The notes: generated from the letters alone by a model not told the origin. DNA of 64,000 bases from an uncultured Actinomycetota bacterium (GCA_963695205.1 CAVOGI010000002.1:236670-300669); one strand, 5' to 3'; positions 21,494 through 31,965 are shown, counted from the stretch's first letter. Numbers and translations are program-made.

Positions 21494-22921
21494 ATGACCA
21501 ACGTGCCGTCTGCCACGGCGCCCACGCAGCGCCCGCAGGCTCCGGCGGCATACCGGGGCCGTGCGGTCCGGACCGTCCCGCGCTGGTGGCGCGACGCGTC
21601 GGTGTCCGCCTTCTGGCTCGTCCTGCTGTGGGTCACCGCGCTGTGGGTGGCGAACGGTGGCGTCCAGGACCTCGGCTCGGTCGCCGGCGCGCTCACCAGC
21701 ACCGGACGGCTCACCGGTCTGGTCGCCTCGGCGCTCCTGCTGGTGCAGGTGTTCCTCATGGCGCGGGTGCCGTGGTTCGAGCAGGCCTGGGGCCAGGACG
21801 AGCTCGCGCGGACGCACCGGCTGGTCGGGTTCACCTCGTTCAACCTCCTGTGGGCGCACATCGTCCTCATCACCCTCGGCTACGCGTCCGGCACGCCGAA
21901 GGGTCTGTGGGGGACGCTCGTCGACCTCGTCCTGCACTACCCGGGCATGCTGCTGGCCACGGCCGCCACCGTCGCGCTCTGCATGGTCGTGGTCACCTCC
22001 GTCCGCAAGGCGCGACGGCGGCTGCGCTACGAGTCGTGGCACCTCATCCACCTGTACGGCTACCTCGGCGCCGGACTCGCCCTGCCGCACCAGCTGTGGA
22101 CCGGCCGGGAGTTCCTCGGCTCCACCGCCTCGACCGTCTTCTGGTGGGGCCTGTATGCCGTGTGCGCCGCTGCCGTGCTCGTCTACCGGATCGGTGTGCC
22201 GGCCTGGCGTTCGCTGCGGGCCCCGCTGCGCGTCGCCTCCGTGGTCAACGAGGGACCCGGCGTCACCTCTGTCATCGTCGCGGGCCGCGGGGTCGAGAAG
22301 CTCGACGTGGCGGCCGGCCAGTTCCTCCAGTGGCGCTTCCTCGACGGTCCGGGCTGGAGCCGGGCGCACCCCTACTCGATCTCTGCGGCGCCCGACGGCC
22401 AGAGCCTGCGCATCACCGCGGCTGAGGTCGGCGACGGCACCGCACGCCTGGCCACGCTGCAGCCCGGCACCCGCGTCCTCGTCGAAGGCCCCTACGGACG
22501 GATGCACCCCGGTGTGCGCACCCGGCGCAAGGTCCTGCTCATGGGGGCCGGCATCGGCATCACCCCCATCCGGGCGCTGCTCGAAGGACTGGACCAGGAC
22601 CCGGGCGACGTCGTCGTCGTGCACCGCGCCCACAGCCGCGACCAGTTCGTCTTCGCCGTCGAGATGTTCGAGCTGGCGCGGGAGAAGGGTGCCCGCTACG
22701 TCACCGTCGAGGGGTCGCGCGTCCCGGGCCGTGACTCGTGGCTGCCCGCCTCCGCCGCACACCTGACCGACGCCCAGGCGCTCGCCCAGCTCGTGCCCGA
22801 CGTGGCCGAGCGCGACATCTTCCTGTGCGGGGCACCGAAGTGGATGGAGGCGGCCCGACGGGCCGCCCGCGACTGCGGTGTCCCCTCAGACCACATCCAC
22901 CTCGAGCTGTTCGAGTACTAG
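21494..22921 (+). CDS. Ferric reductase-like membrane cytochrome fused to FAD/NAD(P)H-binding ferredoxin-reductase domain
   Basis: Heme His pairs HRLVG..WAH and YESWHLIH..PH; HPYSIS, EGPYG, GAGIGITP, FLCG, C-terminal ELFEY. Confidence 0.88.
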   Translation: MTNVPSATAPTQRPQAPAAYRGRAVRTVPRWWRDASVSAFWLVLLWVTALWVANGGVQDLGSVAGALTSTGRLTGLVASALLLVQVFLMARVPWFEQAWGQDELARTHRLVGFTSFNLLWAHIVLITLGYASGTPKGLWGTLVDLVLHYPGMLLATAATVALCMVVVTSVRKARRRLRYESWHLIHLYGYLGAGLALPHQLWTGREFLGSTASTVFWWGLYAVCAAAVLVYRIGVPAWRSLRAPLRVASVVNEGPGVTSVIVAGRGVEKLDVAAGQFLQWRFLDGPGWSRAHPYSISAAPDGQSLRITAAEVGDGTARLATLQPGTRVLVEGPYGRMHPGVRTRRKVLLMGAGIGITPIRALLEGLDQDPGDVVVVHRAHSRDQFVFAVEMFELAREKGARYVTVEGSRVPGRDSWLPASAAHLTDAQALAQLVPDVAERDIFLCGAPKWMEAARRAARDCGVPSDHIHLELFEY

Positions 22922-22930
22922 GAGCCTGCC

Positions 22931-23488
22931 GTGCGACGCATCACCCTGTGGAGCCTGTCCACCCTCACCACGCTGGTCCTGCTGTTCAGCTACCACACCT
23001 CCACGTCCAGCAAGAGCTCCTCGGTCGCGTCCCCGGTCATCGCCCAGGCCGCCGCGCCCGGTGCCGTCGCCACGCCGAAGGCGACCAGCCCCTCAGGCAC
23101 CTCGACCAGCGGCTCGTCGAGCACGCCGACGCCGAGCGGCGGTTCGTCGAGCACGCCGACGCCGAGTGGTGGTTCGTCGAGCTCCTCCTCCAGCCCCGCG
23201 CAGTCGTCCGCCGCCAAGACCTACGCCGGTGACGCCATCGGCACGCAGTACGGCGACGTCCAGGTCCAGATCACCGTCAAGGGCGGCAAGATCACCGCCT
23301 CGCAGGTGCTGCAGGTCCCGTGGAACGACAACCGCGACCAGGAGATCAACTCCTACGCCGTGCCGATCCTCAACCAGGAGGCCGTCTCGTCGCAGAGCTC
23401 GAAGATCGACATGGTCTCGGGTGCGACCTACACCTCCGACGGCTACATCCAGTCGCTGCAGTCCGCGATCGACCAGGCGCACCTGTGA
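22931..23488 (+). CDS. Exported FMN-binding (flavinylated) protein
   Basis: N-terminal TM/signal, Ser/Thr/Pro linker, YGDVQV, flavinylation motif DMVSGATYTS. Confidence 0.9.
   Translation: MRRITLWSLSTLTTLVLLFSYHTSTSSKSSSVASPVIAQAAAPGAVATPKATSPSGTSTSGSSSTPTPSGGSSSTPTPSGGSSSSSSSPAQSSAAKTYAGDAIGTQYGDVQVQITVKGGKITASQVLQVPWNDNRDQEINSYAVPILNQEAVSSQSSKIDMVSGATYTSDGYIQSLQSAIDQAHL
23113..23182 (+). repeat. About 30-bp tandem repeat encoding SSSTPTPSGG linker (2+ copies)
   Basis: tcgtcgagcacgccgacgccgag(c/t)gg(c/t)ggt repeated. Confidence 0.8.
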
Positions 23489-24277
23489 GTGCCTCGACGG
23501 TGGAACGGCCAGGACTCGGGACCGTCGGGACCATCGGCGGGCGGACGTCCGTCGTCCGCCCTGCCCCGCCGCGCCTTCGTCACCCAGATCATGGGTCTGC
23601 CGGTCTCCGCCCACGTCCGTGGAGCCGTCGACGCACCGGAGGTCGAGCAGGCCGTGACGCAGGTGTGGTCGTTCCTGCACAAGGTGGACGACCTGTTCAG
23701 CACCTGGCGTGCTGACAGCGAGCTCATGCGCCTGCGGCGCGGTGAGCTCGACGGCGTCTCGGCGCACCCGTGGCACGAGGAGGTCGCCCTCCTGTGCGCG
23801 GAGGCCCAGCGACGCACCGGCGGCCTGTTCACCGCGTCCTACCCCGGTGCCGGTGGCTACGACCCCACCGGCCTCGTCAAGGGTTGGGCGGTCGAGAAGG
23901 CCGCAGAGCACTTCGCCAACGTGCCAGGGATCTCCTACTGCCTCAACGCCGGTGGTGATCTTGTCGCCGGGGCGGGCCGTGACACCGAGCCGACGCCCTG
24001 GCGCGTCGGTATCGAGGACCCGCTGCATGCCGGCACCATCGCCGCCTCGCTCGACCTCGTGACCGGCGGCCTGGCCACCTCGGGCACGGCGGCCCGCGGG
24101 CAGCACATCGCCGACCCGCGGTCCGGCTCCACCGTGGACCGCGCAGGTTCGGTCACGGTCTGGGGGCCGAGCCTGCTGTGGGCCGACGTGTGGGCGACAG
24201 CGCTGTTCGTCGACCCCGATGCCGGTCGCACGGCCCTGGCCGCGAACGACCCGGAGTACCGCTCGTTCGTGCTGTGA
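23489..24277 (+). CDS. apbE: FAD:protein FMN transferase (ApbE family)
   Basis: IMG, FSTWRADSE, DPTGLVKGWAVE, NAGGD, WRVGIEDP, ATSG..ARG.HI.DPR, ADVWATA. Confidence 0.88.
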   Translation: MPRRWNGQDSGPSGPSAGGRPSSALPRRAFVTQIMGLPVSAHVRGAVDAPEVEQAVTQVWSFLHKVDDLFSTWRADSELMRLRRGELDGVSAHPWHEEVALLCAEAQRRTGGLFTASYPGAGGYDPTGLVKGWAVEKAAEHFANVPGISYCLNAGGDLVAGAGRDTEPTPWRVGIEDPLHAGTIAASLDLVTGGLATSGTAARGQHIADPRSGSTVDRAGSVTVWGPSLLWADVWATALFVDPDAGRTALAANDPEYRSFVL

Positions 24278-24320
24278 CCTCAGCGGGCCGACAGGCGCTC
24301 GCTCTGGCACAGTGGGGCGC

Positions 24321-24938
24321 GTGCAGGTCTGGTACGCGAGCTACGGGAGCAACCTCGCCCGCGACCGCTTCCTCTGCTACGTCCGGGGAGGGCGCCCGGC
24401 GGGGGCGACCCGGACCTACCCCGGGGCGCGTGACACGACGCTGCCCGCGGACGACCGCGCGCTCACCCTGCCGGGGGAGGTCTTCTTCGCCTGGGAGTCG
24501 CCCACGTGGGGTGGAGGCATCGCGTTCTACGACGCCATCGCGTCGGGCACGACCCTGGCGCGGGCGTACCTCGTGACCGACCGGCAGTTCGCCGACGTGG
24601 CCGCCCAGGAGATGCACCGCGAGCCGGGGAAGGACCTCGACCTCACGACCGTCCTGGACGAGTCACGACACGACCTGGGCCCGGGTCGCTACGAGTCGCT
24701 GCACCTCGTCGGTGAGCTGGAGGGCCGTCCGGTGCTGACCTTCACAGCGCCCGATTCCGCTGGGCTGCAACGCAACGCACCCACCAGGGGCTACGTCGAG
24801 ATGATCGCCCGCGGCCTGTCCGACACCCACGGGTTGGGCGTCGACGAGATCACGGCCTACGTCGCCGAGCGGCCGGGAGCAAGCCTCGGCTGGGACGCAG
24901 ACAGCCTGCGGCCCGTGGTCAGCGCAGCGCTGCGCTGA
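24321..24938 (+). CDS. Conserved actinobacterial protein with gamma-glutamylcyclotransferase-like N-terminal motif
   Basis: [10 protein letters not shown] motif; C-terminal P...Y...I..G; leaderless-type CACAGT-N7-GTG. Confidence 0.6.
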   Translation: MQVWYASYGSNLARDRFLCYVRGGRPAGATRTYPGARDTTLPADDRALTLPGEVFFAWESPTWGGGIAFYDAIASGTTLARAYLVTDRQFADVAAQEMHREPGKDLDLTTVLDESRHDLGPGRYESLHLVGELEGRPVLTFTAPDSAGLQRNAPTRGYVEMIARGLSDTHGLGVDEITAYVAERPGASLGWDADSLRPVVSAALR

Positions 24939-26893
24939 GGGTCTCGATGTCGGTTACCGGGGCGTCGCAGACGAACCCCCGGCACACGTATGCCGCGGCG
25001 TGGCCACCGACCAGGGGCCGCTGGGCGAGCAGGGGGATGCCCTCGGCGTCCGGGTCGCCCGTCACGGTGACCAGCCCCGGTGACGTCGAACGACGCACGA
25101 CAGACGTCAGCGCCCGGGCGTCGGGTCCGGTCCCCACGACGGCGACCTGCAGCGGCCCGGCCAGCGCGGCCTCGGCCACGGCCAGCGCCCAGCCCCCGAA
25201 CCGTGGGTCGCGCGACGCGAGCTGACCCGAGGCCGCGAGAGCGGCCTCGGCCTGCTCCCGCGTCGCCGGGTCCCCGGTCAGGGCGGAGCACGTGAGCAGC
25301 GCACCGGCGAGGGCGGACTGTCCCGAGGGCTCGGCGTTGTCGGCGGCGCTGCGCGGCCGGGTGAACAACGGCTCCGCGTCGTCGCTCGTGTCGTGGAAAC
25401 CGCCGTCCTGCGCGGTGAAGCGTTCGGTCGCCGTCGCCAGGAGGCGAGCGGCGACCTCGAGCCACCGGGCCCGACCGGTCGCCTGGTGCAGGGCGAGCAG
25501 CCCCTCTGCGAGGTTGCCGTAGTCGTCCGCGACACCGGCTGCCGCGCCGACCACACCGTCCCGCGAGGCGCGCCGCAGACGTCCGTCGACGAGGTGGGCG
25601 TCCACGACGAATGCGGCGCAGGCCTCGGCAGCCGCCACCAGCGACGGCTCGTCGAACAGGGCCCCCGCGTCGGACAGGGCCGCGATGGCCAGGCCGTTCC
25701 ACGAGGTGACGACCTTGTCGTCGCGGGCCGGCTGGGGTCGGTCGTTGCGCGACTCGAGCAGGCGCGCTCGGGTCCCCGACCACCAGGCGTCGTCGTCGGG
25801 GTCGACGGGCAGCTGCAGGGTCGACGAACCGTGCTCGAACGTCCCCGTGTCGGTCACCGAGAGCAGTGCCGCGGCCCGGGCGCCGTCCTCGGCACCGAGC
25901 ACCTCGTCCAGCTGCGCGGGCGTCCAGGCGTAGGTGAGGCCCTCGACGCCCTCGGTGTCGGCGTCGAGCGCCGACGCGAAACCACCCTGCGTCCGTGCGC
26001 AGGTCGCGCAGCAGGAACTCGGCCGTCTCCAGGGCGACGCGACGGGGGAGGGACTCGCCCGTGGTCCGGTGGAGGTGCGTGTAGACGCGCAGCAGCTGGG
26101 CGTTGTCGTAGAGCATCTTCTCGAAGTGGGGGACCACCCAGCGGGCGTCCACGGCATACCGCGCGAAGCCGCCGCCGAGCTGGTCGTACATTCCGCCCCG
26201 GGCCATCGCCGCGCACGTCCGCGCAGCCATGGCGAGGGCGTCGTCCGACCCGGTGCGCGCGTGGTTGCGAAGGAGGAACTCCAGCACCATCGACGGCGGG
26301 AACTTCGGTGCGCCGCCGAATCCCGCTGCGCCGTGGTCGAACTGGCCACGCAACGTGTCGACGGCTGCGTCGAGGACGTCGGCGTCGAGGGGGTGCCCGC
26401 TCACCGGTGCGGAGAGCCCACGCAGCGTCTCGGCGATGTGCGAGCCGCTCTCCAGGACGCGGTCGCGCTGGTCGGTCCACGCACTCGTCACCCCCGACAG
26501 CAGCTGCAGGAACTGGCCCTTCGGGAAGTACGTCCCGGCGAAGAAGGGGTCGCCGTCGGGAGTGAGGAAACAGGTCATCGGCCAGCCGCCGTGACCGGTC
26601 AGGGCGGTCGTGGCAGCCATGTAGACCGCGTCGATGTCGGGTCGTTCCTCACGGTCCACCTTGACCGCGACGAAGCCGGCGTTGACCACCTGAGCCACGC
26701 CGTCGTCCTCGAACGACTCGTGGGCCATGACGTGGCACCAGTGGCACGCGGCATACCCGACCGAGAGCAGGACCGGCACGTCACGGCGTCGCGCCTCCGC
26801 GAAGGCGTCGGGTCCCCACTCCTGCCAGTCGACGGGGTTGTCCTTGTGCTGCAGCAGGTATGGGGAGGTCGAGTCGGCGAGACGGTTGGGCAT
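24919..26893 (-). CDS. Thioredoxin-domain protein (DUF255 / YyaL / SSP411 family), one frameshift near 25990
   Basis: [53 protein letters not shown]...WNGL. Confidence 0.92.
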
Positions 26894-27052
26894 GCCTCCC
26901 ACTCTTCCTCACCGGTCGACGAGACGGCGAATGCGAGCCCGGGCGCGTGGACTCTTGGCGGCCCGCGGTGGTGGATCTACTCTTCTCCCAGGTCAGGAGG
27001 GACCACCTTCATCGCGGCCATGCCGGTCGCACGCGGGTAGGAGGCTGGAAGG

Positions 27053-27667
27053 TTGACGGGGCGTGATGAGGCCGCACTGCTCTTCGAGTTCGACGTGCAG
27101 GCCGACCGTTGGTCGTGGTCGCAGGGACTGCGGGACCTGTACGCGCTGGGCCCGGGCGAGGTTCCCACGACCGGGCTGTTGCTGGGCCGGGTGGTCGACG
27201 CAGACCGGGACACCGTGCGACGCCGCTTCGCGCAGCACCTGAGGACCCCCGGCCCGTGGTCGTGGACGTACCGGATGCACGACGGCCACGGCTCCCTGCG
27301 CCGGATCAGGTACGTGGGCCAGTGCGAGGCAGGCGGTGGGGAGGTCAAGCGCGTGCGCGGGTTCGTCATCGACATCACCGACCTGCTGCGCGACCACGCT
27401 GCCGAGGCGGTCGCAGGTGCGGTGGAGCACCGGGCCGTGATCGAACAGGCCAAGGGCGCCTTGATGCTGGCCTTCGGCGTCGACGACGTGACCGCCTTCG
27501 AGCTGCTGCGCGCCTACTCCAACCGGGCGAACGTCAAGCTCGTCGAGGTCGCTGAGCGGATCGCCGGCGGACTGTCGGACGCCGAGTTCGTCAGGGAGGA
27601 CCCGGTACGGAGCCTGTTGGACATCGTGCTCACCATCGACGGACCTCGGCACCACGCGGAGCCCTAG
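27053..27667 (+). CDS. PAS + ANTAR domain protein
   Basis: PAS_3-like WSWS..L..LY; ANTAR RAVIEQAKGALM...AFELLR.YSN..NVKL..VA. Confidence 0.85.
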   Translation: MTGRDEAALLFEFDVQADRWSWSQGLRDLYALGPGEVPTTGLLLGRVVDADRDTVRRRFAQHLRTPGPWSWTYRMHDGHGSLRRIRYVGQCEAGGGEVKRVRGFVIDITDLLRDHAAEAVAGAVEHRAVIEQAKGALMLAFGVDDVTAFELLRAYSNRANVKLVEVAERIAGGLSDAEFVREDPVRSLLDIVLTIDGPRHHAEP

Positions 27668-27683
27668 TCGGTCCGGGACCAGC

Positions 27684-28268
27684 TCATGGCTGCAGAGAGT
27701 GGCCCACCCAGTCCGCCCGGGTGATCCGGTAGAGGACGTGGCGGCGGGTCGGGTCGCCGACGGGGATGAGGGGATGGTCGAAGTCCGCGGACTCGTCACG
27801 CGCCATACCGATCTTGCGCATCACCGACTGGGAACGGTCGTTGGCGGGGATCGTCATGGCGACCACCTCATCGAGGCCCAGCGGGCCGAAGGCGTACGCG
27901 AGCGCGGCGCGGGCTCCTTCGGGTGCGTAGCCGCGGCCCCATGACGAGCGGGCCAGTCGCCAGCCGATCTCGACGCACGGCGTGAAGTGCTCCTCGAACC
28001 GCGGGATCGACAACCCCACGAACCCGATGAACTCTCCCGTCTCGAGCACCTCGGTCGCCCACAGGCCCCAGCCGTGCCGGGCCAGGGCGGACTCGATCCG
28101 GTCGGCCATCGCGTCACTGGCCTCGCGGGTGAGGTGCTCGGGGAAGTGCTCCATGACGGCTGGGTCGTCGTTGAGTGCGGCGAACGGCGCGCGGTCCTCA
28201 GGTCGCCACTGCCGCAGCAGGAGACGTTCGGTGCGCAGCTCGATCGGCACCGTCGTCGTGTCGGCCAT
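27684..28268 (-). CDS. GNAT (RimJ/RimL-like) acetyltransferase
   Basis: TERLLLRQW, FIGFVGL, EIGWRL...WGRGYA.E, N.RSQ.VM.KIGM. Confidence 0.88.
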   Translation of the reverse strand: MADTTTVPIELRTERLLLRQWRPEDRAPFAALNDDPAVMEHFPEHLTREASDAMADRIESALARHGWGLWATEVLETGEFIGFVGLSIPRFEEHFTPCVEIGWRLARSSWGRGYAPEGARAALAYAFGPLGLDEVVAMTIPANDRSQSVMRKIGMARDESADFDHPLIPVGDPTRRHVLYRITRADWVGHSLQP

Positions 28269-28357
28269 GGGCCCACCGTATGGCGCCGCCTCACCACCGC
28301 GTGGGCGCCACGCCTCCCGCGTGGGCGCGACGCGCTCGCCCATGACACCGTGAGTCC

Positions 28358-29599
28358 ATGCATGACGTGGTGGTGGTGGGCGCAGGGCTGGCCGGACTGA
28401 CCTGTGCGGTGGCCCTGGAGGCGCGTGGCCTCGACGTCCTCGTCCTCGAGGCTGCCGCCGAGGTCGGTGGACGGGTGCGGACCGAGGTGGTCGACGGCCA
28501 CCTGTGCGACGTGGGCTTCCAGCTGCTCAACCCCGCGTACCCCGCCGTGCGTCGTCTCGTGGACGTGGACGCGCTGGGGCTGCAGACGTTCGGGGCCGGG
28601 GTGGAGGTGCGGCGTGACGTCAGCGCGGGCCGGGGAGTGACCGCCCTGCTCGCCGACCCGCGTCGCGAGCCGACGGCACTTCTGCGCACCCTGGCCAGCG
28701 GCCTCCTGGCCCCCGGCGAGCTGGCCGCCCTCGCTCGGTGGGCCGCGCCCTCGCTCGGGCCGGTGCGACGCCTGCTCGACGGCGCCGACGCCTCCCTCGC
28801 AGAGTCCCTCGACCGGGCCGGGGTCCAGGGGCCGCTGCGGCGCGAGGTCCTCGAGCCGTTCCTCGCAGGGGTGCTGGCCGACGACCGCGGGGAGACCTCA
28901 GCGGCGTTCGTGCGGCTGCTGCTGCGGTCGTTCCTGCTCGGCACCCCGGGGCTTCCCGCCGAGGGGATGCGCGCCCTCCCTGCCCAGCTGGCGGCCCGGC
29001 TGAGCCGTCCGGTGCAGGTCGACACGAGGGCCACGCTCGGCACCGGGACGACGGTCCGGACCCCGAGCGGTGAGGTCGCCGCCCGCGCCGTGGTGGTGGC
29101 CACCGATGTCGCCGCCGCCGCCTCCCTCGACGTCCTGCCACCAGCCGCCACCAAGGGTCTGCGGACGTGGTGGTTCTCCACGACCGACCCCGCGCCGACC
29201 AGCCGCTGGCTGCGGGTCGACGGTGCCCGCGGACCCGTGGTCAACACGGCGGTCGTCTCCGATGCCGCGCCGACCTACGCCCCACCCGGGCGCCGGCTCG
29301 TCCAGGCCACGACGCTCACCACCGCACCGGACGACGAGGGCCTCGTCCGCCGCGAGGTGGGGAGGCTGTGGTCGACGTCGACCGAGCGCTGGGACCTGCT
29401 GGTGCGCCACGACGTCGGTGCCGCGTTGCCCTTCGTCGCGCCGCCGCTGGTGGCCCGTCGGCCCGTGGCCCTCGGTGGGGGACGGTTCGTCGCGGGGGAC
29501 CACCGCGACACGTCCTCGATCCAGGGCGCGATGGTCTCGGGCCGTCGCGCCGCGCGGGCCGTGGCTGCGCACCTCGGTGTCACCCGCGGCGCGTCATGA
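28358..29599 (+). CDS. FAD-dependent oxidoreductase (amine oxidase / phytoene desaturase superfamily)
   Basis: GAGLAGL, GGRVRT, D.GFQLLNPAYP, AGDH....SIQGAMVSG. Confidence 0.88.
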   Translation: MHDVVVVGAGLAGLTCAVALEARGLDVLVLEAAAEVGGRVRTEVVDGHLCDVGFQLLNPAYPAVRRLVDVDALGLQTFGAGVEVRRDVSAGRGVTALLADPRREPTALLRTLASGLLAPGELAALARWAAPSLGPVRRLLDGADASLAESLDRAGVQGPLRREVLEPFLAGVLADDRGETSAAFVRLLLRSFLLGTPGLPAEGMRALPAQLAARLSRPVQVDTRATLGTGTTVRTPSGEVAARAVVVATDVAAAASLDVLPPAATKGLRTWWFSTTDPAPTSRWLRVDGARGPVVNTAVVSDAAPTYAPPGRRLVQATTLTTAPDDEGLVRREVGRLWSTSTERWDLLVRHDVGAALPFVAPPLVARRPVALGGGRFVAGDHRDTSSIQGAMVSGRRAARAVAAHLGVTRGAS

Positions 29600-30408
29600 G
29601 CAACCGACCCGTCAGCGGCACGGAGCCGACCTCCGACCCGCGCCGGCCGCTCCTCGACCCGCAGGGACCGCAGCTGCCGACCAGGCAGATCATGAGCCAG
29701 TGGTGGCGCGACATCGCGTTCCTGCACTGGCCGGTCGAGCCTGCGCTCCTCGCGCCGCTGCTGCCGCGAGGCGTGCGCCCCGACGAGTTCGACGGGGCGG
29801 CCTGGGTCGGCCTGATCCCGTTCAGGATGGTGGACGCCGGCGTGTTCCACGGTGGCCCGGTGCCGTGGCTGGGGACGTTCCCCGAGACCAACGTCCGGGT
29901 GTACTCCGTCGACGACAGTGGCCGGCACGGCGTCACCTTCCTGTCCCTCGAGGCGTCGCGGCTGCTGGTCGTCCTCGGGGCCAGGCTGGGGTTCAACGTC
30001 CCCTACCAGTGGGCCTCGATGCGGATCCGCGACCACAGCGTTCCCGGGGGCGCTCCGGGACGGGTGCTGACCTACACGACCCGCCGAGCGACCCGAGCCC
30101 GGGCCAAGGGTGTCGGCCGGCCGCGATCGCGGATCACCGTGCGCGTGGGTGAGCTCGTGGCCGAGCCTTCGCCGCTGGACCTGTTCCTGACGGCGAGGTT
30201 CGGGCTGCACACCCAGGTCGCCGGTCGACCGCTGTGGGTGCCCAACACGCACGGCCCGTGGCCGCTGCGCTCCGCCGAGGTGCTCGAGCTCGACGACGAC
30301 CTGGTCGAGGCAGCCGGGCTGGGCTCGTTCGCGAGGACGACCCCACCGGCGAGCGTGCTCTTCTCCGAGGGCGTGCGCACGACCTTCGGCTTCCCCCAGG
30401 CGCTCTGA
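29596..30408 (+). CDS. DUF2071 (YqjF family) protein
   Basis: MSQWWRDIAFLHW, F.ETNVR.Y, FLSLEA, FLTAR, H.PWPL. Confidence 0.85.
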   Translation: MSNRPVSGTEPTSDPRRPLLDPQGPQLPTRQIMSQWWRDIAFLHWPVEPALLAPLLPRGVRPDEFDGAAWVGLIPFRMVDAGVFHGGPVPWLGTFPETNVRVYSVDDSGRHGVTFLSLEASRLLVVLGARLGFNVPYQWASMRIRDHSVPGGAPGRVLTYTTRRATRARAKGVGRPRSRITVRVGELVAEPSPLDLFLTARFGLHTQVAGRPLWVPNTHGPWPLRSAEVLELDDDLVEAAGLGSFARTTPPASVLFSEGVRTTFGFPQAL

Positions 30409-30429
30409 CGCCGTCCCTGCCCACCCGGC

Positions 30430-30514
30430 GCCACCACGACTGGCGGAAGGGCAGAAGTGGTGGCCGAAGCGGCATACCGGCCACCACAACTGGCAGGAGG
30501 GCAGAAGTGGTGGC
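30430..30514. repeat. Two 35-bp palindromic REP-like direct repeats, 50-bp period
   Basis: gccaccac(g/a)actggc(g/a)g(a/g)agggcagaagtggtggc at 30430-30464 and 30480-30514. Confidence 0.8.
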
Positions 30515-30539
30515 TCCTGCACGGGGCCCACACGACGAA

Positions 30540-30576
30540 CGGGTGCCGTGCGACCTCGTCGGTCGCACGGCACCCG
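30540..30576. terminator. 16-bp perfect hairpin between convergent DUF2071 gene and dctA
   Basis: cgggtgccgtgcgacc-tcgtc-ggtcgcacggcacccg. Confidence 0.7.
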
Positions 30577-30597
30577 AGTGCTCGCTGGTGGCCGGTG

Positions 30598-31965
30598 CTA
30601 GCGGCCGGCGCCCACGGGCTCCGGGGCCGCCACCGGGGCCGGCTCGTCGTCGTCGACCATGGTGGCCTCGTCGAACGGCTCGTGCCCGGCCAGCACCCGG
30701 TCGAGCTTGGCGCGGTCCAGCTCGCCGACCCAGTGGCCGATGAGGACGGTCGCGACCGAGTTGCCGGCGAAGTTGGTCAGCGCGCGGGCCTCGCTCATGA
30801 GGCGGTCGATGCCGACGATGAAACCGACGCCGTCCACCAGGTCCGGGCGGTGCGACTGGAGGCCACCGGCGAGCGTCGCCAGACCTGCACCCGAGACCCC
30901 GGCGGCGCCCTTGGAGGCGATGATCATGAACACGAGCAACGAGATCTGCTCGCCGATGGAGAACGGCTTGTCCAGCGCCTCGGCGATGAACAGGGACGCC
31001 ATGGTCAGATAGATCGCGGTGCCGTCGAGGTTGAACGAGTAGCCGGTGGGGACGGTGATGCCGACGACCGGACGAGAGACGCCGAGGTGCTCCATCTTGG
31101 CGATGAGGCGGGGCAGTGCCGACTCGGACGACGAGGTCGACAGGATGAGGAGGAACTCGCGGGCGAGGTACTTCAGCAGCGAGAAGATGTTGATGCCGGT
31201 GACGACCTTGAGGAGGGTGCCGAGGACCACGAACACGAACAGCGCACAGGTGATGTAGAACGCGACCATGAGCAGGCCCAGGCTCTTGAGCGCTTGGACT
31301 CCCGTCGCGCCGACGACGGCGGCCATCGCGCCGAAGGCACCGATCGGCGCGACGTACATGATCATCGACATGAGGCGGAAGACGAGCCGCTCGAGGTGCT
31401 TGACGCCGACCAGGATCGGCTCACCGGCGCGACCCATCTTCTGCAGGGCGAACCCCACGAGCATCGCGACCAGCAGGGTCTGCAGCACCGAGCCGGACGT
31501 GAGCGCCGAGAGCAGCGTGTCGGGGATGAGGCCGAGGACGAACTCGGTCGTCGTCTCGCTGCCACCGGCCGCCTGCTTCTGGCCGGTGGCCGCGAGCTCC
31601 TTGGTGAGGTTGAGGCCAGAACCCGGCTGGACGAGGTTGCCGACGACGAGGCCGATGGCCAGCGCCACGGTCGACATGGTGAGGAAGTAGCCGAGGGCGA
31701 GACCGCCGACCTTGCCCACCTGCGCTGCGCGCCGGACCGAGCCGATGCCGAGGACGATGGTGCAGAAGATGATCGGGCTGATCATCATCTTGATGAGGTT
31801 GACGAACCCGGTGCCCAGCCACTTCAGGCTCACGCCGAGGTCGGGGAACAGCAGGCCCACGGCGATGCCGAGGGCCATGGCGATGATGACGGCGATGTAG
31901 AGGTAGTGCGTCCTGTCGCGGCGTGGTGCCGGACGGTCGACGGCCTGGTCGGCTGTGGTGCTCAC
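30598..31965 (-). CDS. dctA: C4-dicarboxylate:cation symporter (DAACS family)
   Basis: LYIAV, FVNLIKMMISPIIF, STSSSESALP, PTGYSFNLDG, SKGAAGV, GIDRLMSE. Confidence 0.92.
   Translation of the reverse strand: MSTTADQAVDRPAPRRDRTHYLYIAVIIAMALGIAVGLLFPDLGVSLKWLGTGFVNLIKMMISPIIFCTIVLGIGSVRRAAQVGKVGGLALGYFLTMSTVALAIGLVVGNLVQPGSGLNLTKELAATGQKQAAGGSETTTEFVLGLIPDTLLSALTSGSVLQTLLVAMLVGFALQKMGRAGEPILVGVKHLERLVFRLMSMIMYVAPIGAFGAMAAVVGATGVQALKSLGLLMVAFYITCALFVFVVLGTLLKVVTGINIFSLLKYLAREFLLILSTSSSESALPRLIAKMEHLGVSRPVVGITVPTGYSFNLDGTAIYLTMASLFIAEALDKPFSIGEQISLLVFMIIASKGAAGVSGAGLATLAGGLQSHRPDLVDGVGFIVGIDRLMSEARALTNFAGNSVATVLIGHWVGELDRAKLDRVLAGHEPFDEATMVDDDEPAPVAAPEPVGAGR

Noticed and set aside
30430-30514. 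Possible mini-CRISPR array
   Set aside because: Only two repeats, a 15-bp spacer, no leader and no cas genes.
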